A stretch of 64,000 nt of DNA, from NCBI GenBank assembly GCA_009781695.1, contig WQVH01000003.1, positions 12,535 to 76,534 on the forward strand, given 5' to 3'. Made by a program: the position numbers and the translations under genes. This document shows, one piece after another, positions 36,874-47,211 of the stretch (position 1 is its first letter; each line of letters begins with the position of its first letter). The DNA comes from Oscillospiraceae bacterium. GTDB taxonomy: Bacteria; Bacillota; Clostridia; Oscillospirales; Oscillospiraceae. The notes below the pieces were generated by a model. The model made no database searches. It was not told where the DNA came from and was given only the letters and a program-made list of their open reading frames with translations.

Positions 36874-39054
36874 TTATGCATCCGGAGTGTCTGTACTGTT
36901 GATATCTTCCGGCCAAATAGGTGCCTCAGGCGCAGGTTCTACAGGTATATCAGGTAAGCTGCCTGTATCCGTCTCATTAGGTGGCTCCGGTATGGGCGGA
37001 GGTTCCGGCACATCCCCCGGCGGCCATGGATAATCGTCTGGCGGCTCGTGCGGAATTTCCATGTCCGGATAGGGTTCAGGGTCGGGATCAGGTTCAGGCT
37101 CTGGTTCTTCCACCACTTCCGGACCTAGTGATATGCTGACAATGATATTGGAACCGGCAGGAACTTCATCCCCGGCATGGCGGATATACGTCACGGTATC
37201 CGCAGGGTGAACATCGCTGTAAAACTCCTCGAATACGAGGACAAGATCACGTCCCCGGAATTCTGAGGTGACGGCTGTCAAGGTAGTTGGCAGATTAAGC
37301 TCAGGAACAGATACCATAGGTATATTCGGTCCGCCGCTGTATCTTATAATGATCGTATGGCCTCTGGCGATATCTTCTCCGGCAGCCGGGATCGTCTCAA
37401 CGACCAGTCCTTGCGTTATATCACTAGCCACTGCCGAAGTTTCGATATCCAGATTTAAATTCCTGTTGATCATCTGGTTTCTGGCCACGCCCCAATGCAA
37501 CCCCAACAAGTCCGGCATAATCGTCGGCGGAGGTGTCCCCAATGAAACCGCTAATTCCACATTGATTCTGGCGCCGGGCAGAGGTTCGCTGACTTGCCTA
37601 TCCGGAGCAGGACTCTGGAAAATAATAAAGCCTTCCGGAACTTCGGTGTTGTATTCTTCTCTGATTGGATTGAAATTGTATATATCCGTGTATTCATCGT
37701 TGTTTATTACATCTTCAAACCTACGGTTGACAAAAGTGGGTATCAGCAATGGCTCACGTTGTCCCGTACCAAATATATCACTTAAGAAAAAGTTCCACAT
37801 AAATACAGCAATTACAACCAAAAAAACAATTACGCTGAAAATACCAACCAGTGTTGATGTACTGCTCGCTCTGGTCTTGGCTGCACGATAATCATCCGGT
37901 GTCAACTCCGGACTTTTACTTGCTTTGACTCTACTCTGCTTAGGCTTGATATCCGGATGGATATCAGCGTCCGGTTTGGGTTTTGGTTTGGGCGGGGCTT
38001 TTTTTATGTCATTCGGTTTTCTCCGGCTCATTTGCGTTGTAGGCTCAGCATGATTTGCCCGCGATGCGGGCTGTTGTTGCTGTTGAATGCCGGGACTCAG
38101 CGCTGCAGTCCGTTGTCCCACTTGCGGTACTCTGGGAAGCGCATTGGCCTCAGTAAAAGAATCCACCTCAGTTACGAATCTGTTGTCCGGGTCTGAGGGC
38201 GCATAGTTAAATACTATAGATGGATTCTTCCGGAATTCTTCTAAATTCTCCAGCATTTCCTCTGCTGTTGTAAATCTCATATTCAGATCGGGTTCCATTG
38301 CATGCATGGTGATATCTTCAAGCCCAACCGGAACGTCCGGATTGATATCTCTGGGCATAAGCGGAATCGCACTGATATGCTGTATCGCAACAGATACGGC
38401 AGAATCCCCGACAAATGGCAGTCGGCTGGTGAGCATCTCATACATCACGACACCCAGCGAGTATATATCTGAACGTGCGTCAATATGTCCACCCTTGGCC
38501 TGTTCGGGAGAAATATAGTGCACAGAGCCGAGCGCTTCTTGAGTGAGCGTATTGGAAACGGTGAGCAAGCGTGCAATGCCAAAGTCGGCGACCTTGACAC
38601 TACCGTCTTTTAAAATCATGATATTGTGCGGTTTTATGTCACGATGAATAATTCCACGTGAGTGTGCATGGCTGAGCGCTTTGGTTATTTGAGAGGCAAA
38701 ATGCAAAGTTTCCTTCCAATTCAGAAGACCTTTTCTATTGATGTATTGTTTTAATGTGATGCCCTCGATCAGTTCCATCACGATATATTCTGTATTGCCC
38801 GCCCTGCTGACATCGTATACTGCGACGATATTGGGATGAGAAAGCATGGCAACGGCCTGTGACTCCGTATAAAAGCGCCGCTGAAATTCTTCATCTCCGG
38901 CAAGGTCTTCTTTTAATATCTTAATGGCAACCATTCTGTTCAGACGATGGCAACGTGCTTTATAAACCAGTGCCATTCCGCCTGTGCCAATAAGCTCTAA
39001 AATTTCATATCTATTGTCAAGGATTCTACCTATATATTTATCTTTGCCGTCCAC
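36874..39054 (-). CDS. prkC: PASTA-domain Ser/Thr protein kinase PrkC/PknB
   Basis: Hanks kinase motifs (GTGGMALVY, VAIK, HRDIKPHN, DFGIA, SPEQ). One TM segment, three PASTA-like modules, and an ~85-aa Pro/Glu/Asp tail. Confidence 0.95.
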   Translation of the reverse strand: MDGKDKYIGRILDNRYEILELIGTGGMALVYKARCHRLNRMVAIKILKEDLAGDEEFQRRFYTESQAVAMLSHPNIVAVYDVSRAGNTEYIVMELIEGITLKQYINRKGLLNWKETLHFASQITKALSHAHSRGIIHRDIKPHNIMILKDGSVKVADFGIARLLTVSNTLTQEALGSVHYISPEQAKGGHIDARSDIYSLGVVMYEMLTSRLPFVGDSAVSVAIQHISAIPLMPRDINPDVPVGLEDITMHAMEPDLNMRFTTAEEMLENLEEFRKNPSIVFNYAPSDPDNRFVTEVDSFTEANALPRVPQVGQRTAALSPGIQQQQQPASRANHAEPTTQMSRRKPNDIKKAPPKPKPKPDADIHPDIKPKQSRVKASKSPELTPDDYRAAKTRASSTSTLVGIFSVIVFLVVIAVFMWNFFLSDIFGTGQREPLLIPTFVNRRFEDVINNDEYTDIYNFNPIREEYNTEVPEGFIIFQSPAPDRQVSEPLPGARINVELAVSLGTPPPTIMPDLLGLHWGVARNQMINRNLNLDIETSAVASDITQGLVVETIPAAGEDIARGHTIIIRYSGGPNIPMVSVPELNLPTTLTAVTSEFRGRDLVLVFEEFYSDVHPADTVTYIRHAGDEVPAGSNIIVSISLGPEVVEEPEPEPDPDPEPYPDMEIPHEPPDDYPWPPGDVPEPPPIPEPPNETDTGSLPDIPVEPAPEAPIWPEDINSTDTPDA

Positions 39055-39068
39055 TTATATGCCTCCTC

Positions 39069-39848
39069 TTAAACTGCCGGAACTTGCATTTCCGAAGTGG
39101 AATCTCTTTGCTGTTTTCTAAAAATCACTACAGTAACATTGTCAGGCGCTCCTCTGGAAAGCGCCATGTCAACAAGTGTCTCACAAGATGTCTTTACACT
39201 GCGGCTTTTCTGCAACTCAAAAAGGATTTCACTATCCAATATGACATTGGACAATCCATCTGAGCACAATAACAGATATTCGCCCTCAGCCAAATTAAGA
39301 AAAAATACGTCTGGCGCTTCTTTTTTGTTTGTTCCGAGCGCCTTGGTAATGAGATTTCTGTTGGGATGCCTTTTGGCCTCAGTGCGTGTCAGATCTCCTC
39401 TGGATATCATATCTTCGACTACAGAGTGGTCTTTGGTTATCTGGGCGATACTTTGTGATGTAATATGATAAAGTCTGCTGTCACCTACATTGACAACCAC
39501 TTCTCCATCAGGTGTTGAAATTGCAGCAGTCAACGTGGTACCCATCCCTGCAAATTCCGTGTTTTCATTGCTTTTATCATACACGGCTTTGTTTGATGCG
39601 GCTACGGCCTCTGTCATGTTCGTTGCAACATTTTTTTGTTTGCGCACATCTTCGATATGTTTTTCGATGTGATCGACAAATGTGTCTGCGGCCAGCGTGC
39701 TGGCAACATGCCCTGCCCTTGCGCCACCCATACCATCACAGACAACAAGCACCGTGATGTTTTTGTTATCCTCATCTAAGAATATTTTAAAAACGTCCTG
39801 GTTTTGCTGCCTTATTTTACCACTATGAGTAATTCCCCAGAAATCCAT
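39069..39848 (-). CDS. prpC: PP2C-family Ser/Thr phosphatase PrpC/Stp
   Basis: MDFWGITHSGKIRQQNQD, VCDGMGG and LLCSDGLSN motifs. ATG at 39848 follows directly after the rlmN stop at 39851. The ORF-track extension to 39947 overlaps rlmN. Confidence 0.94.
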   Translation of the reverse strand: MDFWGITHSGKIRQQNQDVFKIFLDEDNKNITVLVVCDGMGGARAGHVASTLAADTFVDHIEKHIEDVRKQKNVATNMTEAVAASNKAVYDKSNENTEFAGMGTTLTAAISTPDGEVVVNVGDSRLYHITSQSIAQITKDHSVVEDMISRGDLTRTEAKRHPNRNLITKALGTNKKEAPDVFFLNLAEGEYLLLCSDGLSNVILDSEILFELQKSRSVKTSCETLVDMALSRGAPDNVTVVIFRKQQRDSTSEMQVPAV

Positions 39849-39850
39849 AC

Positions 39851-40894
39851 TTATGAGCCCTTCTCTATATGTCTCACACGTAATTGTCCGCACGATGCCG
39901 ATATGTCTTGTCCCAAGCTGCGGCGAACAGTTGCGTTGATATTGCAATGATTAAGAATTTTCAAAAACGCTTTGATTTTCTCAGTGCTGCTGCCCTTTAA
40001 AAGTCTTTCCGGTACGTCACTCAGAGGAATGATATTCACATGGCTTCCGCTGCATTTAAGCTTCCGAGCCAAAAGCTCGGCATGAGCGCTCGTGTCATTT
40101 ACTCCATCAATCATTGAGTATTCATAAGATACACGTCTGCCGGTTTTAGAAAAATACCTGTTACAAGCTTCAAGTAATCGGTCAACTCCATATTTGCGGT
40201 TTATCGGCATCAGTCGTGACCGTGTCTCATCATCCGGTGCGTGCAGCGACACCGTTAACGTTGATTGTATCTTATAATCAGCTAGTTTGTCAATGTTTTC
40301 TATGATTCCGCATGTCGATATGGTGACTTTGCGTAAACTCATTTTCAGTCCTGCCGGATGATTGATCAATTTAAGAAACCGGATAACATTTTCAAAATTA
40401 TCCAGCGGTTCTCCAATGCCCATGATGACTACATTGGATATCTTTTTTCCGGATTCTTTTTGCGAAAAAAATACTTGATTGAGCATCTCTGATGCGTTTA
40501 AGTTTCTTTCAAGGCCGCCTATCGCCGAAGCGCAAAAGGCGCATCCCATTGCGCATCCTACTTGAGATGAAATGCAAACAGTGTTGCCGTAAGCATATTG
40601 CATCAGTACGCTTTCAATAGTTGCGCTATCATGCATTTGCCATAGGAATTTAGTCGTTTCATTTGCTTGAGATGTGCTTAGAGTGATGAGTGTTGGAGCG
40701 TTTATATAAAATTCCGCGTCCAACTTTTGGCGCAGCGGCTTTGAGATGTTCAGCATTTCATCAAAACGAGATGCTCCGCCATGTATCCAGCCAAATACTT
40801 GTTTTGCCCGGAATTTCGGCTCGCCTATGGACAAGAAATATGTTTCAAGCTCCGATAGCAGCATTGACTTTATATCTGATTTTATCATCGTCAT
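39851..40894 (-). CDS. rlmN: 23S rRNA/tRNA adenine-C2 methyltransferase RlmN (radical SAM)
   Basis: SSQVGCAMGCAFCAS cluster motif and a C-terminal catalytic Cys (SASCGQL). ATGA overlap with rsmB. Confidence 0.95.
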   Translation of the reverse strand: MTMIKSDIKSMLLSELETYFLSIGEPKFRAKQVFGWIHGGASRFDEMLNISKPLRQKLDAEFYINAPTLITLSTSQANETTKFLWQMHDSATIESVLMQYAYGNTVCISSQVGCAMGCAFCASAIGGLERNLNASEMLNQVFFSQKESGKKISNVVIMGIGEPLDNFENVIRFLKLINHPAGLKMSLRKVTISTCGIIENIDKLADYKIQSTLTVSLHAPDDETRSRLMPINRKYGVDRLLEACNRYFSKTGRRVSYEYSMIDGVNDTSAHAELLARKLKCSGSHVNIIPLSDVPERLLKGSSTEKIKAFLKILNHCNINATVRRSLGQDISASCGQLRVRHIEKGS

Positions 40895-42288
40895 CCCTCA
40901 CGCCTTCTCATCTTACAAATGAAAAAACCATCTGTGCCATGAACATGCGGCCACAGTGTGATCATGCCATCTGAAACTTCTCCGATTTTCGACAAGATAA
41001 AAGACTCGGTAACAAAGCACTCATGCGCTGAGAGAAACGCATGAATAATATCTTCATTTTCACTGCGCAATACACTACAGGTCGAGTAAAGCAAAACGCC
41101 TCCCGGCTTTACAAACGCAGAAAGCTCGGTCAAAATCTGCTTTTGAATCTCCGGCAAGCCAGAGATATCCGCTTGTGCTTTGTACCGTATCTCGGGTTTC
41201 TTTCTGATGATACCGACACCCGAACAAGGCACGTCAGCCAAAACAACATCGGCAAGCGCACATGAATCTTCTTTTGTTGCATACCTCGCAAGGTGGTTTT
41301 TTACAGATAGACCACTTGCTTGCGCTGATACATCTGCCTCTATCACATCGATTATATTGATACCCATGCGTGTACTGCCGCTTTCAATATGTCTCAATTT
41401 TGCAGCATGTATATCACAGGCAAGTATATGCCCCTCATTTTTCATAAGTATTGCAGCAGCAAAAGACTTTCCGCCCGGAGCAGCGCAACCATCTACAACA
41501 ATATCGTCCTGCATAGGAGATGCAGCTATAACTGAAAGTCTGGCAGCAACATCCTGAACATAAATAAAGCCTCTATTATAAGCCTCTAATTTCGTAATAT
41601 TACCTGCGCCTCTGAACTCAATGCAATTGCCCAGCCATTGGTGCGGCGTTGCTTCTACACCGTCTTTGGCCAAGAGGGAAATCGCTTCATCAACATTGGT
41701 CAGCAATGTATTGACTTGAGCCGTTATGGGCATGTTATTTTGATTGTTATGCATGAGCAGCGAATGGGTCTCTTGCGCCCCTATGGTCTTTATAAATGCG
41801 TCCACCAACCACTCAGGATGACTGTACTTTATAGATAACTGATGCGCTGTGTCTCCGGTAATTTCTGGCAAACTTCCCTCTGATGCCGCTTTAGAAATCT
41901 TTCGCAGTAGCGCATTGACATATCCTGCGGCGCGTTTGTTCGCATACTTCTTTGTCAACGAAACCGCCTCATTAACCGCTGCATTATGCGGAATCTTCGT
42001 TAAAAATACGATTTGATAAATAGAAAGACGCAATATATCCAGCACCCTTGGTTGAAGTTTTTTTAACTCTATATTCGAAAAATGTGACGCATAGTAGTCA
42101 CAAAGCATCAGATTTTGCAGCACACCATAAACCAACTGCACTGTTAACGCTATATCTTTCGGCGAAAGCGTGGCACTGCTAACTACACTGTTTAACGCCA
42201 TATCCGACCAAGCCTTCTTGCGTCTATAGATACCCAGCGTCTTTAGTGCTGCTTCTCTAGCGGATAAATTTTTATTCTCATCTTGCAT
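40891..42288 (-). CDS. rsmB: 16S rRNA m5C967 methyltransferase RsmB (Sun)
   Basis: NusB-like N-domain. SAM MTase motifs DGCAAPGGKS, DVPCSGVGIIRKKPEI and YSTCS. Confidence 0.94.
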   Translation of the reverse strand: MQDENKNLSAREAALKTLGIYRRKKAWSDMALNSVVSSATLSPKDIALTVQLVYGVLQNLMLCDYYASHFSNIELKKLQPRVLDILRLSIYQIVFLTKIPHNAAVNEAVSLTKKYANKRAAGYVNALLRKISKAASEGSLPEITGDTAHQLSIKYSHPEWLVDAFIKTIGAQETHSLLMHNNQNNMPITAQVNTLLTNVDEAISLLAKDGVEATPHQWLGNCIEFRGAGNITKLEAYNRGFIYVQDVAARLSVIAASPMQDDIVVDGCAAPGGKSFAAAILMKNEGHILACDIHAAKLRHIESGSTRMGINIIDVIEADVSAQASGLSVKNHLARYATKEDSCALADVVLADVPCSGVGIIRKKPEIRYKAQADISGLPEIQKQILTELSAFVKPGGVLLYSTCSVLRSENEDIIHAFLSAHECFVTESFILSKIGEVSDGMITLWPHVHGTDGFFICKMRRREG

Positions 42289-42351
42289 TTTGCACTTCCC
42301 TACTGATCTGTAAAAGCTTAAACGTTCACAATCCTTGCGCGTAAAATTGGT

Positions 42352-43266
42352 TTAATTAAAAATAGAATTGCCCTTAAGATGATCTGCTGCCGACATACGC
42401 TTTCCGCCCGATGCCTGTAAATCCTTTATGATGACAACACCATCTAAGCAGGCAATTTCGATCCCATGCTTCCCGGTAGAGACCAGTGCGCCGGGAGGCG
42501 CTAAAGTGTCTTTTTGAATAGTGTCCACGGCAAATATTTTATACACCTTATCTTTAAACAGCGTGGTCGCAACAGGCCATGGATTGAGCCCTCGCACTTT
42601 GCATTTGATATGAAGTCCCGTGGTGTTCCAGTCTATAGCTGACATATCCTTGCTGAGCATCGGCGCATATGTCGCATCATTTGAATCCTGAGGAATTCGA
42701 GGCGCCTCACCTTTACTGAGCAAATCAATAGTCTCATTAAGTAGGTTCGCGCCCATCTCTTTGAGTCGTTCAAAGAGTTCACCTGAGGTCTCATTCGCTC
42801 CAATTGCAGTATCATGCGTCAATATGATATCGCCTGCATCCAGCGCTTCTGCCATATACATTGAAGTAACGCCGGTGACCTGATCTCCATTTAATATGGC
42901 CCATTGGATGGGCGCAGCCCCACGGTATTTCGGCAATATGGACGCATGAATATTTATCGCGCCTAATGGCGACATGTCAAGAATTTTGGTGGGTAATATT
43001 TTCCCATATGCTACGACCACAATCAAATCAAAATCAAGTGATTGCAATGTCTCTATCACCGCATCATCCCTCAGGGATACAGGCTGATATACAGGTGTTC
43101 CATGCGCTAGAGCAAGGTCTTTTACCGGGCTGCTTGTTACTTTCATGCCTCGGCTTTTGGGTTTGTCCGGCTGCGTAAACACACCGACGACTTCATGTCC
43201 ATAATGATAGAGTGCCTCTAAAGATCTTTGTGCAAAATCCGGCGTTCCCATAAATATGATTTTCAT
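42352..43266 (-). CDS. fmt: methionyl-tRNA formyltransferase
   Basis: MKIIFMGTPDFA N-terminus and NIHASILPKYRGAAPI motif. Confidence 0.96.
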   Translation of the reverse strand: MKIIFMGTPDFAQRSLEALYHYGHEVVGVFTQPDKPKSRGMKVTSSPVKDLALAHGTPVYQPVSLRDDAVIETLQSLDFDLIVVVAYGKILPTKILDMSPLGAINIHASILPKYRGAAPIQWAILNGDQVTGVTSMYMAEALDAGDIILTHDTAIGANETSGELFERLKEMGANLLNETIDLLSKGEAPRIPQDSNDATYAPMLSKDMSAIDWNTTGLHIKCKVRGLNPWPVATTLFKDKVYKIFAVDTIQKDTLAPPGALVSTGKHGIEIACLDGVVIIKDLQASGGKRMSAADHLKGNSIFN

Positions 43267-43287
43267 ATATGTTGTATCCTTAAACCA

Positions 43288-43809
43288 TTAATTTTCCGGA
43301 TCACTTTTACCCAATTGGTCAAGCTCTTCTTCGGTAAGTATATGGTCAGTAAGTATTGTAAAAAGCACACCATTGAGGTGATCAATCTCGTGGCAAGCCG
43401 CACGAGCGGTCATCCCGCTACACTGAATTTCAAATGTATCTCCAAATCGATCTTGCGCTCTGACTGTGACCGATTTAGGTCGGCAGACTGTGCCGTACGC
43501 ACCGGGAACACTCAGGCATCCCTCAAGACCCTCTTGAATTCCCTCCTGCGAGATAATCTTCGGGTTTATGAGCTCAATGACATTTTCTTCAAAATCCTCT
43601 TCACCATCACCGTCGATAACTTCAACAATCAGTGCCACCCTGCGCAATACTCCGACTTGCGGAGCCGCAAGACCCAGTCCGTTCGCCGCCTCAAGCGTCT
43701 GATGCATATCATCGAGCAATATATGCAATCTATTGTTAAATTCAGTTACCGCCCTGCTCTTTTTCTGCAAGGTAGGTTCATCTCCGGTTAAAATATTTCT
43801 GATGGCCAT
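43288..43809 (-). CDS. def: peptide deformylase
   Basis: Motifs GLAAPQ, EGCLSVPG and HEIDHLNG. Confidence 0.96.
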   Translation of the reverse strand: MAIRNILTGDEPTLQKKSRAVTEFNNRLHILLDDMHQTLEAANGLGLAAPQVGVLRRVALIVEVIDGDGEEDFEENVIELINPKIISQEGIQEGLEGCLSVPGAYGTVCRPKSVTVRAQDRFGDTFEIQCSGMTARAACHEIDHLNGVLFTILTDHILTEEELDQLGKSDPEN

Positions 43810-43841
43810 ATTGTTTCTCCATAGCTTTCAGTTATTCATGT

Positions 43842-46085
43842 TTACTCATAAACATCCATATCGGCAAAGACCGTTACTGAGCGGCAAAGTCTATCGCGCG
43901 AAATTTCTCTCAATGTATGTGCGATTATATTTCTTACACGTTTGGTATTTTTACAACTCACAAGCAACCTGTATCGATATCGATTATTGATCTTAGACAC
44001 AAGTGCCGGAGTAGGTCCAAGCAGCTTTACATTCATACCTACAAAGTAATAAGCCAGCGCCCCCGCCACTTTAGCACACACTTGCAAAACTGCGGTCTCA
44101 TCACTCCCGGTTGCGGTTATTGTCATCAGGTCATGGATTGGTGGACTCCCCTGCGCCTGCCGAAAAACAATCTCACGTGCATAAAACTCATCATAATCTT
44201 GTTTTGAAGCAAGTTTGATTACATCATGAGCGGGTGTTAGTGTCTGGATTACTGCTCTGCCCGGTTTGTCTCCACGACCCGAACGTCCAACAACTTGGGT
44301 AATGAGTGAAAATGCACGCTCATGCGCTCGATAATCACTCATATACAAAGATGCATCGGCAGAAACCACGCCAACCAAGGTCACATTTTCAAAATCCAGC
44401 CCCTTGGTCACCATCTGAGTACCCAGCAATATCTGAGCGTTGCCCTCTCTAAAGGAAGAAAGCAGCTTGTCATGTGAATTCAGTCGTGAAACCGTATCCG
44501 CATCCATACGGATTGTACCCACACCCGGAAAGAGTGCTTCAAGTTCCACTTCGACCTTTTGCGTTCCTGCCCCAACATATTTGAGTCTACCTTTGCAATC
44601 AGGACAGTTAAAATGAATCGGATGGGAAAAGCCACAATAGTGACACAGCAGCCTTTTGTTCGTATCATGGTAAGTCATATTCACTGTGCATTTCTCACAG
44701 CGAAATGTAAAACCGCATTCTCCGCAAGCAACCAGTGGATTAGTACCGCGGCGATTAATAAATAAAATGGTTTGCTCATTATTTTGCAAATTGTACTCAA
44801 TTTCTCTTCGCAAAACAGAACTTATAGAGCCTCCATTACCATCTTTTAGCTCCTTGCGCATATCTGCAATAAGCACCTCGGGTAAGCTCTTATTGTTGTA
44901 TCGGCTCTCAATGCGAAATAACTTGTACTTACCTGTTTTGGCATGATGCATACTTTCAATTGATGGCGTAGCTGATGAAAGCAGCAACAATCCTCCACTA
45001 TGGGTGATCCTGTACTTTGCGACGTCTCTGGCATGGTATCTGGGACTGCTCTCTGATTTGTAGGTGTGCTCTTGCTCTTCATCGATCACAATAAGACCAA
45101 TATCCTTAAGTGGGGCAAAAATAGCGGATCGTGTACCGACCACCACACGAACGACGCCCGAACGAATGCGCTTCCATTCGTCAAAGCGCTCTCCGGTTCC
45201 AAGCGCAGAGTGCAGTACCGCAACCATATCTCCAAAATAAGAAGCAAATATGCTGACCGTTTGAGGGGTCAGCGCTATTTCAGGAACTAAAACCACCGCA
45301 GTTTTGCCCAAAGCCAGCGCATGCTCAATAAGCTTTAGATATATAAGTGTCTTTCCGCTTCCGGTAACACCGTGGAGTAATACCGCTTCGGGATTTTCAC
45401 TTTCAACAAGCGGTGCAACAGCATCAAAAACTGATTGCTGCCCTTGTGTGAGTGTAATGGGTTTCGGGTCTTTGATTGTCTTAATTTCAGGACGTCTATA
45501 TATTTTATGTTCGCTAACAGATAGAAGATTTTGTTTGATTAACGCATTCATAACCGGGGAAGCCGCTCCGGTTATTGAATAAATGTCTTTAATCGGCATA
45601 CTTCCAACCCCGGCAAGAAGTGAAAGTACATCTGCTTGTTTGGGTGATCTGAGTCTTTTTTCATCGGCTAAAACATCTGCTTCATTGGGATTAATAGAAA
45701 GGGTCGCGATTTTGATGGTTTTGCCGCTTTGTTTCATGACACCATCTTTAAACCACATCCCCGCAGGCAGCATGGCTTTGAGTGCATCAAACACCGTGCA
45801 AAAAAACCTGTCGCTCATCCAAAGCGCAAGTCTTAAATTTTCGTCACATAATGCCGGCACATCATCCAGAAGCGCAGTAATACTCTTGAGCCTCTTGCTG
45901 TTGCTCTCATCCGCAAGTGAAAGAATGACGCCTTCGCTGTTCTTGTTGCCCTGACCAAAAGGCACCAGCACTCTCATGCCGGGAACGGCATATTCAATCA
46001 TACACTCAGGTATTGTGTAATCATAAGGTCTGTCAATAGCAAATGTTGCAGCTGCAACTGCCACTCTGGCAATGTTTTGCGACAT
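43842..46085 (-). CDS. priA: primosomal protein N' (PriA helicase)
   Basis: Walker A GVTGSGKT and DEEQEH box. Cys-rich Zn insertion (CGECGFTFRCEKC..CHYCG..CPDC). Confidence 0.96.
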   Translation of the reverse strand: MSQNIARVAVAAATFAIDRPYDYTIPECMIEYAVPGMRVLVPFGQGNKNSEGVILSLADESNSKRLKSITALLDDVPALCDENLRLALWMSDRFFCTVFDALKAMLPAGMWFKDGVMKQSGKTIKIATLSINPNEADVLADEKRLRSPKQADVLSLLAGVGSMPIKDIYSITGAASPVMNALIKQNLLSVSEHKIYRRPEIKTIKDPKPITLTQGQQSVFDAVAPLVESENPEAVLLHGVTGSGKTLIYLKLIEHALALGKTAVVLVPEIALTPQTVSIFASYFGDMVAVLHSALGTGERFDEWKRIRSGVVRVVVGTRSAIFAPLKDIGLIVIDEEQEHTYKSESSPRYHARDVAKYRITHSGGLLLLSSATPSIESMHHAKTGKYKLFRIESRYNNKSLPEVLIADMRKELKDGNGGSISSVLRREIEYNLQNNEQTILFINRRGTNPLVACGECGFTFRCEKCTVNMTYHDTNKRLLCHYCGFSHPIHFNCPDCKGRLKYVGAGTQKVEVELEALFPGVGTIRMDADTVSRLNSHDKLLSSFREGNAQILLGTQMVTKGLDFENVTLVGVVSADASLYMSDYRAHERAFSLITQVVGRSGRGDKPGRAVIQTLTPAHDVIKLASKQDYDEFYAREIVFRQAQGSPPIHDLMTITATGSDETAVLQVCAKVAGALAYYFVGMNVKLLGPTPALVSKINNRYRYRLLVSCKNTKRVRNIIAHTLREISRDRLCRSVTVFADMDVYE

Positions 46086-46094
46086 ATGCGTTGC

Positions 46095-46295
46095 TTACAG
46101 ATCTTCAGGGATCGTGATGCGCAATTCGCCATCTGCGATTTCTTGGATCGCTCTGGACACGGGCTTATCATCAATGATTTCGCCATGTTCATTGGCTATG
46201 TTTGAGATATCTCTTGAGCGCCTTGCGATGATATTTACCAAAAGATATCGGCTATTGACCTGTTTGAGCAGACTTTGGAGTGATGGATATAACAT
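46095..46295 (-). CDS. rpoZ: RNA polymerase omega subunit
   Basis: 66 aa. N-terminus LYPSLQSLLKQVNSRYLLVNIIARRSRDI. Conserved gmk-rpoZ order. Confidence 0.9.
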   Translation of the reverse strand: MLYPSLQSLLKQVNSRYLLVNIIARRSRDISNIANEHGEIIDDKPVSRAIQEIADGELRITIPEDL

Positions 46296-46862
46296 TTATT
46301 GGTCTCCTTTTTCAATGATCTTCAAAATTTCTTCAGCAGCACGCGTAATATCGTCATTGACAACAACATAATCATAATGCACTTTTTCTTCAAGCTCTTG
46401 CTCTGCACGCTCAAGCCTTGCTTTTAGTTGTTCTTCAGACTCTGTGCCCCTTGCACGTAAGCGTCGTTCCAGCTCTTTCATATCCGGCGGGATTATAAAT
46501 ATAGATACGGCATCCGGTTTTTTTTTCATGATTTGCTCGGCACCTTGAACTTCTATTTCGAGCAAGGCATCTTTTCCATAATAGATACAATCATCAATCA
46601 TACTCTTGGGAGTACCATAATACTCCCCAACAAAGTCAGCATATTCTAAAAATGCCTCTGCCTTAATCAGTTCTTGAAAACGTTCATGTGAGACAAAATA
46701 ATATGATTCTCCATGGATTTCACCTGCTCTGGGCTTACGAGTTGTTACAGAAATGGAATAGCAAAGTTCCGGACGAAGCTCAAGGAGCTTCTTGATCACC
46801 GTACCTTTACCTGCACCTGATGGCGCTGAAATGATGATCAGTCTACCCGTTGGATTACTCAT
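46296..46862 (-). CDS. gmk: guanylate kinase
   Basis: P-loop [10 protein letters not shown] and TTRKPRAGE motif. ATG at 46862 gives 188 aa. The ORF-track start at 47024 would overlap remA. Confidence 0.95.
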   Translation of the reverse strand: MSNPTGRLIIISAPSGAGKGTVIKKLLELRPELCYSISVTTRKPRAGEIHGESYYFVSHERFQELIKAEAFLEYADFVGEYYGTPKSMIDDCIYYGKDALLEIEVQGAEQIMKKKPDAVSIFIIPPDMKELERRLRARGTESEEQLKARLERAEQELEEKVHYDYVVVNDDITRAAEEILKIIEKGDQ

Positions 46863-47130
46863 CTGCACTCTCCCCCGAATCTTGTTCTGACTTGTCAGAA
46901 ATCCTGCCTGCAACAGTTTCCGGTTGCAGCGCCGAGAGAATGATCGAGCCATTATCTGTGATGATGACCGCTCTGGTCCGGCGTCCGTATGTCGCATCAA
47001 CGAGCTGACTTTTTTCCCTAGCATCAGAAATTATGCGTTTAATCGGCGCAGATTCAGGACTGATGATTGCGATGATCCGCTGTGCGGAAACCATATTGCC
47101 AAATCCGATATTAATCAGTTTCATATTCAT
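46855..47130 (-). CDS. remA: RemA (YlzA, DUF370) regulatory protein
   Basis: [52 protein letters not shown] closely resembles the B. subtilis RemA pattern. The ATG at 47130 has the best spacing after AAAGGA. Confidence 0.92.
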   Translation of the reverse strand: MNMKLINIGFGNMVSAQRIIAIISPESAPIKRIISDAREKSQLVDATYGRRTRAVIITDNGSIILSALQPETVAGRISDKSEQDSGESADE

Positions 47131-47211
47131 GACCATTCCTTTCGTATTTCATCAGGCACAAAACATGCATTTGAATTACTACGGCTAATCATTATATCAC
47201 AAATACACTGA

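Noticed and set aside
37268-37891. 207-aa plus-strand ORF inside prkC
   Set aside because: It is antisense to the PASTA region of a clear kinase gene, with no RBS and no recognisable domain.
43228-43791. 187-aa plus-strand ORF spanning the fmt/def junction
   Set aside because: It is antisense to two confidently called essential genes and would need to cross their intergenic region. No supporting signals.
46863-47024. N-terminal extensions offered by the ORF track: gmk to 47024, rsgA to 36916, prpC to 39947, greA from 6381, scpA to 63786, plsC to 57695
   Set aside because: Each extension overlaps the upstream gene or a hairpin and adds non-homologous sequence ahead of the canonical family N-terminus. 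Internal ATGs with better context were preferred.
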